A stretch of 63,680 bases of DNA, counting the filler. It is 14 parts of 14 records of this genome, joined end to end, with 100 filler letters (N's around TTAATTAATTAA, not from the genome) between each part and the next. Parts side by side here need not be neighbours in the genome. Positions count along the whole stretch, not along the records: positions 1 to 4,798 come from SRR7504441_56874; positions 4,899 to 11,381 come from SRR7504441_56881; 12 more parts are not named here. One strand, given 5' to 3'. Both the position numbers and the translations under genes were made by a program. Shown in pieces: positions 1 through 8,516 of this stretch (position 1 is the first letter of the stretch; every line of letters begins with the position of its first letter). The notes beneath the pieces are model-generated. The model did no database searches. It was given only the letters and a program-made list of their open reading frames with translations, and had not been told where the DNA came from.

Positions 1-548
1 CCCCCCCCCCCGGCCCACCAGCACGAGTAGGCTGGGGTGTCGTAGCCCGGCTGGATCATCGCTAGTTCGTCCATCGTCAGCCCGCGCTCTTGGGCCCACC
101 CAGCCACCCGGCTGCCCGGCCCGAGCTCCCGGATGTACGCGTGGTGGCACTGCGCGTCGACCTCCGCAGCGAGCGCCGCCCCTTCCGGCCCCGAGCGCTG
201 CATTAGCGCGGCGACGGCGCAGGGCACGCCCGCGTGGTCTATGAAGATGGGGGTGCGGCCTTTGGCTGGGTCAAGGTTTGTGGGGAACTGGCCGCCCGAG
301 ATGTACTCCGATAGCGCCGAGAGCGAGGCCCGCCGGGCCTGGCTGCTGGCGGGGCTCAGCCCGGGGAGTTGGGCACCGGACAGCTGGGCGAGCACCCACC
401 GGAGATGGGCCGAGATCCTGCGCCCCGCTGAACCTCCCGCCGGGCCGGGCTGGTGCCTGGTCTGCTCCGAGTCCCACCCGGGGAGCGGCGGCCGGCCACG
501 GAACGCCACGAAACCGGCGTCGCCGACCACGGAGTTGACAGGAGCCAT
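1..548 (-). CDS. Conserved hypothetical protein of a bacterial-type family (RI..HL / FP.N / P.FID..G..CAV / GLT..E.AMIQP.Y motifs); 3' end runs off the contig
   Basis: Manual translation from ATG 548: MAPVNSVVGD...SEQTR|ISAHLRWV...YISGGQFPTNLDPAKGRTPIFIDHAGVPCAVAALM...WAQERGLTMDELAMIQPGY. Probable in-frame 39-nt GC-AG intron at 418-456. Absent from the ORF track because there is no stop before the edge. Confidence 0.7.
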   Translation of the reverse strand, partial: MAPVNSVVGDAGFVAFRGRPPLPGWDSEQTRHQPGPAGGSAGRRISAHLRWVLAQLSGAQLPGLSPASSQARRASLSALSEYISGGQFPTNLDPAKGRTPIFIDHAGVPCAVAALMQRSGPEGAALAAEVDAQCHHAYIRELGPGSRVAGWAQERGLTMDELAMIQPGYDTPAYSCWWAGGG

Positions 549-1066
549 GATGGAGCACTCGGCGCCTCTCCAGAGATCAGTTGTGACACTAGGAGATCTT
601 AACGGACGCGGAGGCATCCCGCGGAGGAGCAGCCCCGGCAGTGACCGCTGGAGGCGCTGTGCTGCGGGGCGGGCGGGGAGGCGGAGGCGCCTGCGCTGCG
701 GCCGGCCAAGGAGGCGCCCGCCGGTATTGCAATCAAGCCCGGGCGCAAGCCGGGCAGATTTGTGGTGCAGACCGGCAGCGGCCAGCGAGTAACCGCGAGC
801 GGGCACACCGTCACCGAAGACTTCAACGGCATATCCATGAGCCGAGTAGACGCCCAGCCCAAGTAGACGTCCGGTTCCACACGATTTGCAGCAGCACGCC
901 AAGAGCGGCTCGAGGAGACGCGGCGGGTCGTTGTTTACTGCTAGGGGTCATGCCAGGGGTCTACGAGGGGTCTACCAGTACAAAGCTATAGCTAGCGTTT
1001 ACCTTTACTTATGCCTGCCGGGCTTCTCTAGTTGTATACACATACTCTTAGCAGCCTAGAGCGGCT

Positions 1067-3637
1067 TCAATACTTGCCGGCCTCCCAAATGTCGATCAGG
1101 GCGAGTGTGGCGCCCCAGTGGTAGAGCGGGTTGCTGTTGGACACGTCGTCGCCCCGACCGGTGTCTGGGCTCAGGTTCTCGTGCACGTGGTGCTTGGCCA
1201 GCCACTCGACAAGCAATGCCTCCCGGCCCTGCACCGCCAGCTGCCTCCGGGCGGTGGCCACCTCGGATATGTTGGCGTACAACGGGTGCCGCAGTCCTAG
1301 CCAGACCAGCAGGTTGAGCGGGCCCCACACTCGGCCCCGCCAATACGAATTGTCGCCGTACGCCGGGTCAGACGCCGGAGTGGACGGCAGCGCGTAGCGG
1401 CAGCGGCTCCTGTTGAGTGCGCCGGCCATCTCGCCCACGCAGTAGCCGGTCGGGGAAAGCAGCCAGTGGATGGCCATCGCCCTGGCTTGTTCAGCCGTGG
1501 CAGTGCCGGAGAGCATCGGGTAGAAGGAAGTGGGCGAGCTGTGCTGGTTGAACGCGCTGGTGTCCACTTGGTAGTTGAGGAAGATCTTAGCCTGATCGCT
1601 CCACAGCTGGGCCTGCAGCCGGGTCGCCATCTGGGCTGCGCGCGCCCTGAACATCTCGGAGTCTGTCTCGTTCCCTAGCGCAGTCGCCAGCTCGGCCAGC
1701 GCGTGGCACTCCGAGATGTACTGGCTGGTCATGCCCACGTCGTAGACCAGCAGCTTTGAGCGAGCCGGGTCCCAGCTGACCGCGTCGTACATGGGCGAGT
1801 TGTCCATCCCGGTCTCCCATATAGCGGCCTGCTTGGTGTGCCCGTCGTGAGGGGCAGTGCTCACTGAATCGGACCCGACACTCACCAGGTTGGCAGGCCC
1901 GAGCAGCCGGCGCTCGAGGACCCATTGGTTCCAGGTCTTCAGGTCGTCATACAACAGCCGGACGAGCATCAAGTCGTTGAACTTGAGCCAGTTCTGGTGC
2001 AGCACCAGCGCCCCAACGTACGGCTCGGACCGGTCGTCATTGGTCCACTGGGCGCACTCGGCGTTTGGGACTTGTCCATTGACAGTGCGCCCGCGGGTGA
2101 CCATGATCAGGTTGCTGGCTGCGAGTGCCTGGTCTGACTCGGCCGCCATCATCGATAGAAAGTAAGTGTCCCAGTCCCACACGATGAACGGGTTCACGCC
2201 AAACGTCCGGCTCACGGGGGTGACCACCTTGACCCGCTGGTCCCAGACCGTGTTCCATCCGATCACGGTCCTCATCGCTTCGGCTGCATCCCGCGTCCTC
2301 CCCACTTCACTCCGCGGGTACCGCCTGTCCAGCCCCTCTACCAGCTCGCGCTCTCGGGCTTCCAGCACCGCAGCTGCCTCGGGGTCCGACAGCGGGGCGC
2401 CGAGGCCCTCGCCGGCCGAGATGTACACTGGCCGGTCAAGCCTGACTGCGAGCGCATTGGGCGGCATCAGCCCAGCCAACCCCGCAGGCAGCCGCCGGTC
2501 CGAGCTCGGCAGGCCGCCCGGGACGTACAGCTGGAGCTCCGGGAGCCCGGTGGGTCGGGCGCGCACCAGAGCGGTGCGGGCGCTGTAGTTGGAGATTGTT
2601 AGCGAGCCGCAGAGCGCCAGGAAGTGGCCCGGCATCCCGGCCGAGCCATTGACTGCGAGGCAGTCGAAGAAGAACCCGGGAGCCACCACCAGCCACAGAT
2701 CGCCGGCCTGGACGGCGGGCTGGTTGGGCAGCGCGCGGATGACTAGGCTGTGCCCGGACCGGTCGAGATGACCCGAGCTGATAGTGACATTGGCTCGCTG
2801 GGCGTTGCTCCCGTTCCATTGATCGACCCGCTGCGCAAACGAGCTGAAGCTGCCGTTGAAGCTGTGGTGGCCGGGCCGCACCATGCACTCCCGCTCGTCG
2901 GGGCACTTGTCCACTAGTCCGTTAACGAACAGCCTGCCGCTCCGCCAGAGCTGCAAGTCGGCCCCGAAGCCGGACGGCAGGTGGAGCTGTCTGGCGGCCG
3001 ACTCCCGCATCCAGCTGTTCCAGCCCACCCCCAGCCGGCCCTGCAGCTGCTGCCGCCACAGCTCGGGCTCGCTGATCACCGGGCTGAGCGCGCTCGTCGG
3101 GATCGGCTCGAGCGGCCTTCCGCCGGCGGCCCACAGCACCGATACGGTGCCGTTGTGCGAGAGCCACTCGAGCCGCAGGTGCACCCCCGAGGCCATCTTG
3201 TGCGTCACGTTGTCCCGGCCCGCGAACAGGCTTGCGTCGGCCACTGGCTCCCACGGGCCGCACCCGCCGGGCAGCGCGCCCGACCGGTCGGCTCCCGGCG
3301 GCCCGACTGGGGCGTCGCACGAGGAGTCGACGATGATGTGGTCGTCCACCCAGAGCCGGACGGCCGCACCCGGGCCCACCTTCACCGCGAATTGGGTCGG
3401 GCCGGGGGCCGGGGCGGTGAGCGTGCCGTCCAGCCGGGCCGAGAAGACGGCGGCCGGCCCGAGGCAGTCGGCCGGGCGGTCGAGCTGGAGAGTCGGGAGC
3501 TCCGTGCTGCAGATCTGGCGACCGAAGGCGAGCACTGCGTCCTTGTGCCACTGCACGCGCACCCCGCCGCCTGCCGCAGAGCTTATCGTCAGCCCCACCA
3601 GCAGGCCAATCGCCGCCCACGACTGGAGCGTGGCCAT
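1067..3637 (-). CDS. Secreted PA14-like + GH63/MGH1-like (alpha/alpha)6 glycoside hydrolase
   Basis: 856-aa intronless ORF; signal peptide; PA14-like 'VRLWVDDHIIVD'; WDWDTYF, ETGMDNSPMYD, YWRGRVWGP, YHWG motifs. Confidence 0.8.
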   Translation of the reverse strand: MATLQSWAAIGLLVGLTISSAAGGGVRVQWHKDAVLAFGRQICSTELPTLQLDRPADCLGPAAVFSARLDGTLTAPAPGPTQFAVKVGPGAAVRLWVDDHIIVDSSCDAPVGPPGADRSGALPGGCGPWEPVADASLFAGRDNVTHKMASGVHLRLEWLSHNGTVSVLWAAGGRPLEPIPTSALSPVISEPELWRQQLQGRLGVGWNSWMRESAARQLHLPSGFGADLQLWRSGRLFVNGLVDKCPDERECMVRPGHHSFNGSFSSFAQRVDQWNGSNAQRANVTISSGHLDRSGHSLVIRALPNQPAVQAGDLWLVVAPGFFFDCLAVNGSAGMPGHFLALCGSLTISNYSARTALVRARPTGLPELQLYVPGGLPSSDRRLPAGLAGLMPPNALAVRLDRPVYISAGEGLGAPLSDPEAAAVLEARERELVEGLDRRYPRSEVGRTRDAAEAMRTVIGWNTVWDQRVKVVTPVSRTFGVNPFIVWDWDTYFLSMMAAESDQALAASNLIMVTRGRTVNGQVPNAECAQWTNDDRSEPYVGALVLHQNWLKFNDLMLVRLLYDDLKTWNQWVLERRLLGPANLVSVGSDSVSTAPHDGHTKQAAIWETGMDNSPMYDAVSWDPARSKLLVYDVGMTSQYISECHALAELATALGNETDSEMFRARAAQMATRLQAQLWSDQAKIFLNYQVDTSAFNQHSSPTSFYPMLSGTATAEQARAMAIHWLLSPTGYCVGEMAGALNRSRCRYALPSTPASDPAYGDNSYWRGRVWGPLNLLVWLGLRHPLYANISEVATARRQLAVQGREALLVEWLAKHHVHENLSPDTGRGDDVSNSNPLYHWGATLALIDIWEAGKY

Positions 3638-3668
3638 TTCAACAGGACTCCGACTGTAACGGACTTCA

Positions 3669-4607
3669 ATGCCGTCGGCCGCGGCAGCACCGTCGGCCGT
3701 AGTAGCAGCAGCCGCAGTGGTAGTGCCGGCCGAGGCAGCAGCGGCCGCGCCGGTGAGCGAGCCGGTGCGGTGGGGCCAGTTGGGGCGGCCGGTGCACTAC
3801 CGCGTGATGGACCTGCTGGAGCCCATAGCGCTGGCCCGGCTGTTTCTGGCCTCTCGCCGCATGAGCCGGCGGGTGCTCGCGTTCCTAGCCGACGAGCCCA
3901 ACCGCCTGGACCGCTCGCTCGAGGCGGCGAGAGGCCGGCCCTACGGCTGCGGGTATTGGGAGCTGGACGGCTGTTGGGTCCAGCTGGGGCTCTGGCCGAG
4001 CATGATCGCGGTCGGGGCCGTTGGGGCGCTCGAGGAAGACGCGGCCGACTGGCTGCGGCTGGAGCTGCGGGCCGGGCCGGGCTGCGAGCAGCTTGCAGAG
4101 CACCTTGTCGAGTTTGGCCGGAACTGTGTGGCGATGGCCGGAACAGAGGCCGACCCGGACAGCGAGGCGACAGAGGCGGACGACGGCGTGATCAAGGCGG
4201 CCGCGCTGGAGAGGCTGCCGACCGCAGCCGAGGCCGGGGCCGGAGGATCCCGTGAGCTGACGATTCTGACTTATGGGGATGCGCTGATCAAAAGCAAAGC
4301 GAGTGTGCGGCAGTTGGGCTCGCAGCTGGAGGTGAACGCCAAGTCTCTCAACGGCCGGGGCGGCGGCGCGAATACAAGATGCAATGCGCTGCAGGACACA
4401 CGGATCATTAGGAACGTGGCGAGCGCGCTGAGCGAGGGACACGGCAGGCTGCTGTTGATGCACACCATTCGCAAGATAGAGCAAGAGGGCTTGCGGTGCA
4501 TTAGCGTGTTTTGCACCAAAGGGCGGCATCGGTCGGTCGCGCTAGCTGAACTGCTAAAGGCTCGATACTACCCGCAGGCGGTGGTCAAACATCTCACGAT
4601 AAGCTAG
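3669..4607 (+). CDS. Protein with C-terminal RapZ-C-like domain
   Basis: 312-aa ORF ending ISVFCTKGRHRSVALAELL...VKH, the C-x-x-G-x-H-R-S-V motif of the RapZ C-terminal domain. Confidence 0.65.
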   Translation: MPSAAAAPSAVVAAAAVVVPAEAAAAAPVSEPVRWGQLGRPVHYRVMDLLEPIALARLFLASRRMSRRVLAFLADEPNRLDRSLEAARGRPYGCGYWELDGCWVQLGLWPSMIAVGAVGALEEDAADWLRLELRAGPGCEQLAEHLVEFGRNCVAMAGTEADPDSEATEADDGVIKAAALERLPTAAEAGAGGSRELTILTYGDALIKSKASVRQLGSQLEVNAKSLNGRGGGANTRCNALQDTRIIRNVASALSEGHGRLLLMHTIRKIEQEGLRCISVFCTKGRHRSVALAELLKARYYPQAVVKHLTIS

Positions 4608-4798
4608 TGGAATAAAACGATGCTCTGCATGGTTTTTAGTTTGTCGTGGCCTCGTGATCTGATACTCGCAAACTTATTGGACTGCTATGCGCATAGCGAA
4701 TGCCGTTGGAGAATTAAGGCACAAGCAACACACACGGCGTCATGCCCCACGAGCACAATCATATCACGCCATAGACCGACACCAGCAGCATCAGCACC

Positions 4799-4898
4799 NN
4801 NNNNNNNNNNNNNNNNNNNNNNNNNNNNNNNNNNNNNNNNNNTTAATTAATTAANNNNNNNNNNNNNNNNNNNNNNNNNNNNNNNNNNNNNNNNNNNN
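4799..4898. other. Artificial contig linker N44-TTAATTAATTAA-N44 (first of 13; others start at 11382, 15822, 19038, 22892, 26950, 31245, 36178, 42017, 45346, 49621, 53950, 59559)
   Basis: Identical 100-nt N-padded spacer carrying stop codons in all six frames. Confidence 0.98.
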
Positions 4899-4922
4899 CC
4901 GGCCGGAGCTCGAGGACTCCGA

Positions 4923-6107
4923 CTACATCCGAGCAAAGAGCGCTTTCCACACATCCTCAATCCCTGCGTCGAATGGTGCGCACGCGTCGAGCGCCACTGA
5001 GTTGTGGAACGCGCGGCTGGCGTTGCAGGCCGGTCGGACCCTGTCTAACAACACTGCTGACTCAGGTAAGCTATGCGTGAGTGGATGGCCATCCCAGACT
5101 ATGTTGGGCTCAACAAATCCGATCAGCTTGAGGTTGGCCTGCATCAGACCTGTACACTATAAGAAGTGGCCTTAGCATGTGTGTTACATACCGGGCTCGC
5201 AGTACGATTTGGGGTCGATTGGCTCTGGGCCGCACTCCTCGTGTGCATGGAAGAACGCCCGGATTGGTACAGTTGGCTTCATCTCAGAGAGCCAGCTGCT
5301 GGCACACACGGTGCAATCTTGTGGCCCAGAGAAGAGCACTGCTGGGATCGCCTTCTTGAGCGAGAGATAGGCGGCGTGCCCGGCCCCCTGCGAGTGCCCG
5401 CTTACCAGCAACCGGCCCCACAACACTTGCTGGTTCTGCAAGAAGAGCCCACCCCAGCTTACAGACTGCAACGCGGCCAAAACCAGCGCAGCTACCGAAT
5501 CGGTTGGGCTGACGTCCCACAGGTGCTCGCTTGAACCCTGAACGGTCGGGCTAGCCTCCCCGAACAGCATCCGTTGGTGCAGCTCCTCGTTGCACGGGCC
5601 AGGCGCAGCCGTGGCGTTGCACCAGGCATTATTCTGGCTGACTGCCACCGGCTGGGACATGTGCACTAGTCCAAGCACATGGTTGCCTGCTGCGGCCGCC
5701 GCTCGGAGCAGCCGGCTGTATAGCTGGGGCGTGCCCCCCGTGCCTGGCAGGAAGACCACCAGCCGCGGCGGCTCGGCGCTTGCAGGCCCCGACGGCTGTA
5801 AAAGCGTGTTATTGGCGGCCCAGGCGTACCGGCGGGCCTCACAGGACAGCTTGCCCGGTGGGTCAGAGGCACACATGGACGTGTCGTTATGCCGAATAGG
5901 CATCCGGCCCGAAGGATCTAGGCTCCACAGGCCCCTGAGCGCCCCGGCGGTGCACAGCCCACGGTCCCAGCCGGAAGCGAGGGTGGCTGGGTGCGCGGTG
6001 CACGCGCTCGGTAGGCTGGCCCCTGCGCACGAGCGTGCCGTCAACCCCGCGATGCGAGCACACAGCAGGACAGCGCACAGCCCACGCCGCCGTTCACTGC
6101 TGGGCAT
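4923..6107 (-). CDS. Secreted alpha/beta hydrolase (BPSS1187-like), 1 intron
   Basis: LVVFLPGTGG and GHSQGAG nucleophile elbow; GT-AG intron 5150-5191 joins EPG|LMQANL. Confidence 0.75.
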
Positions 6108-6180
6108 TGATGTTGCCGTTACCGCCACGGCAGGCCACCTGAAGCTGATGGCAGTGTACGGCAGGACGCTGTGCTGCCAA

Positions 6181-7090
6181 ATGGGCAGCTGGGGTGCCGT
6201 CCGGGGACTGTGCCTGGTGGCTGGCCGGGCAGGAATTGCCGCACGAGCTGAGCAGGAGGTCGCTGAGCTGCTCGACCCGCTCGAGACCAGCCTTGAGTAC
6301 CGGGGCGGGATCCGGTTCTACGTGCACAACGGCACTCAGCGCCGGCTGCCCGGGGTCACCTCGGTGCTCAACCGCACCCGGAGCGAGCGAAGTCGCGAGG
6401 CAGGCGGCCCACCCAGCCAGGGCCGAGCCGGTGCAGGCACTCAGGAGCTGGAAGGAACGGGTCGGGGCGGAGGAGGCCACCCGGATCTCGCAGGCAGCGA
6501 TCAAACGGGGCAACGCGCTGCACAGCTGGATCGAGCAGTGGGTGCGCGGGTTGGAGCCCCCGGTTCTCGAGCCGGAAGTGCTCCCGTACGCAGTGAGCGT
6601 TAAGCCGGTACTTGAGGCGCTCTCGTCCGTCCGGTTAGTCGAAGCCCCAGTGCTGCACAACGGACTAGGATTCGGTACGCTGGCAGCGGCACAGTGGTGA
6701 GCCGCGGGCAGCGGGCACAGTGGATCTGGTGGCGAGCCTGAACGAGGAGGCGTGTGCAATCTGTTGTCTGGCTGAAAAGCTGTATGCAGGTTTATCTAAT
6801 TGATTGGAAGACCTCGCTCCGACCTAAGCAAAAGCTAGCGTACTTGAACGACTACCCACTGCAGTCAGCCGGTGCGTGGTCAGCTGGCGGCGGGCGAGGG
6901 CCGGACAGCCTACCTCGGAGCGATCGCGCAGAGCTACCCGGAGCTGAAGGTTTCGCGCGCGCTGATCATCGTGGCGCTCCCGGATCAGCCGGCGGAGGTG
7001 TGGGAGTTCAGCAGGGAGGAGATGCACAGATTTTGGGACCAATGGGTGGCCCGCCTGCACCAGTTTCAGCTCATCGAGCAGGCAACCTAG
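6181..7090 (+). CDS. MGME1: MGME1-like mitochondrial PD-(D/E)XK exonuclease, 4 introns
   Basis: Spliced protein: LPGVTSVL...LRSWKERVG...RGNALH...FAGTVDLVA...YLIDWKTS...YPLQSAAY; introns 6400-6436 (GC), 6675-6711, 6750-6789 (GC), 6872-6908. Confidence 0.8.
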
Positions 7091-7258
7091 CCCACCTCCT
7101 GCTGCGCCTTCTTTGATACCGTACTCGCATTACCAATTGGGTTACTGTACCAATTATTGTACACTTAGTACAATATTATTACAATATTATCGCATTAAAT
7201 GTTTAACATCAACGTTTCAAGAGTTTTAAATTCCTACGAAGCATACTAGTTGAAGATC

Positions 7259-7450
7259 GAGAGGGGTGGGGTCCCCTCTCCTGCTGAGGCCCAGTTGGAG
7301 GGGCTAAGCGCTTGAGCCTACTGTAGGCTGGACCCATCAAGATTCGGCACTCCGACAGTGTGTCACGCTTGATAGTGTAGTTCGCATAATTATAACGCGT
7401 CTGCACCTCCGACTTAAGTAAGGACTGGAGGGTTAGTATCCTATCCTCCT
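7259..7450. ncRNA. Candidate structured non-coding RNA (unassigned)
   Basis: Run of consecutive hairpins in an intergenic region (GAGAGGGG/CCCCTCTC, AGCCTAC/GTAGGCT, ATCAAG/CTTGAT, GTGTAG/CTGCAC, GGAGG/CCTCC). Confidence 0.3.
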
Positions 7451-7826
7451 TAGGTCAATACTGCGAATATTGCGTTTACATGTACTTTAGTAGTACTTGC
7501 CTGATTAAACTGCTAGCGAGTCCAAAAAAAAGACACATTGGCGCTCGGTAAGCCCTGGGCCCGGACCGATCGCCCATCTAGCCCGCCCGCCCAACTGCTC
7601 ACACCATCCATTGTCTGCCGAACTCAACTGGTCTGCCGGCAGCATTAGCGCGAGTTGATCGCCCGGCAGCCCATGCAGTACTCATACAGTAGCCTACTAC
7701 CAGGTACCGGTACTCACTAGACTATTCGAACTATAGCAATGACTATAGTCTACAATACCGTAGCCGTAACGGACCTGTGTAGACAGCACGAGACGTCGGC
7801 CACTGCCACGAGCACACGCAGCAGCC

Positions 7827-8413
7827 ATGATGGCCGGAAACCCGATGGTGCCAGTGATGGCAGTAGGCAAGCAGATGGTACCCAGCCTGCCAGGGGTGGC
7901 TGCGAGCCCGCCGGCAGATCACTGCCCCCACACGGGACCGAATGGGGCTGCTCTTCCGAGGTGGCCGGCCGGCCGGAGGCGACTGGCAACTGGGCGGGCA
8001 GCGATGGACCGGGACGGAAACGGCGTGATCAACCTGAACGACTTCTCGCCCCAGCTGCGCAGCCAGAGCGGGGCGGTGCATCTGCACGTGCAGAGCATAA
8101 CGGACGAGTTGGCCCGCAACTTCGACTTCAACGGCGACCGCAGCATTACCGAGGGCGAGTTCCTAGGCATGGTAGCCCCTCGGTCGGGGTAAGCCTGGAG
8201 CAGACGGGTTTGTGCTGTTGGTGCTCAAGCGACGGGGCGCAGCTCTTCCGGCGGTGGGGCGCTAAGGGCGGGCGGGGCGAGCGCAGGCAGGCTGCAGTGG
8301 GCGACCAACTGAGCCAGCTGATGCTTGGGCTGGACAACGAGATGAACATGCTGATCCAAGACTTTGAGCGACACCTGGCCGGGGGCGACGAGGCGCTTTC
8401 GGCGTTCAGATAG
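7827..8413 (+). CDS. Small EF-hand calcium-binding protein, multi-exon
   Basis: DRDGNGVINLNDF and DFNGDRSITEGEF EF-hand loops; short introns; exon boundaries approximate. Confidence 0.7.
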
Positions 8414-8475
8414 AGCGGGCACGACCGGCTGCCTTGGTGCATCCCGGGATGTATATTTTTAATAGAGAGTACGAG

Positions 8476-8503
8476 TACGAGTACGTATATATACGTACTC
8501 GTA
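8476..8503. repeat. 28-bp perfect palindrome between convergent genes
   Basis: TACGAGTACGTATATATACGTACTCGTA equals its own reverse complement. Confidence 0.9.
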
Positions 8504-8516
8504 TAATTAATCCGTT

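Noticed and set aside
2981-4255. 424-aa plus-strand ORF and many similar Arg/Pro/Gly-rich ORFs
   Set aside because: Off-frame or antisense shadows of real genes in high-GC sequence.
7271-7310. CTGCTGAG-stem as a hammerhead ribozyme core
   Set aside because: The core is mismatched and the required GAAA after stem II is absent.
7425-7440. ATACTAACCCT as the 5' end of U1 snRNA
   Set aside because: Differs from ATACTTACCTG, and no U1-70K loop or Sm site is recognisable.
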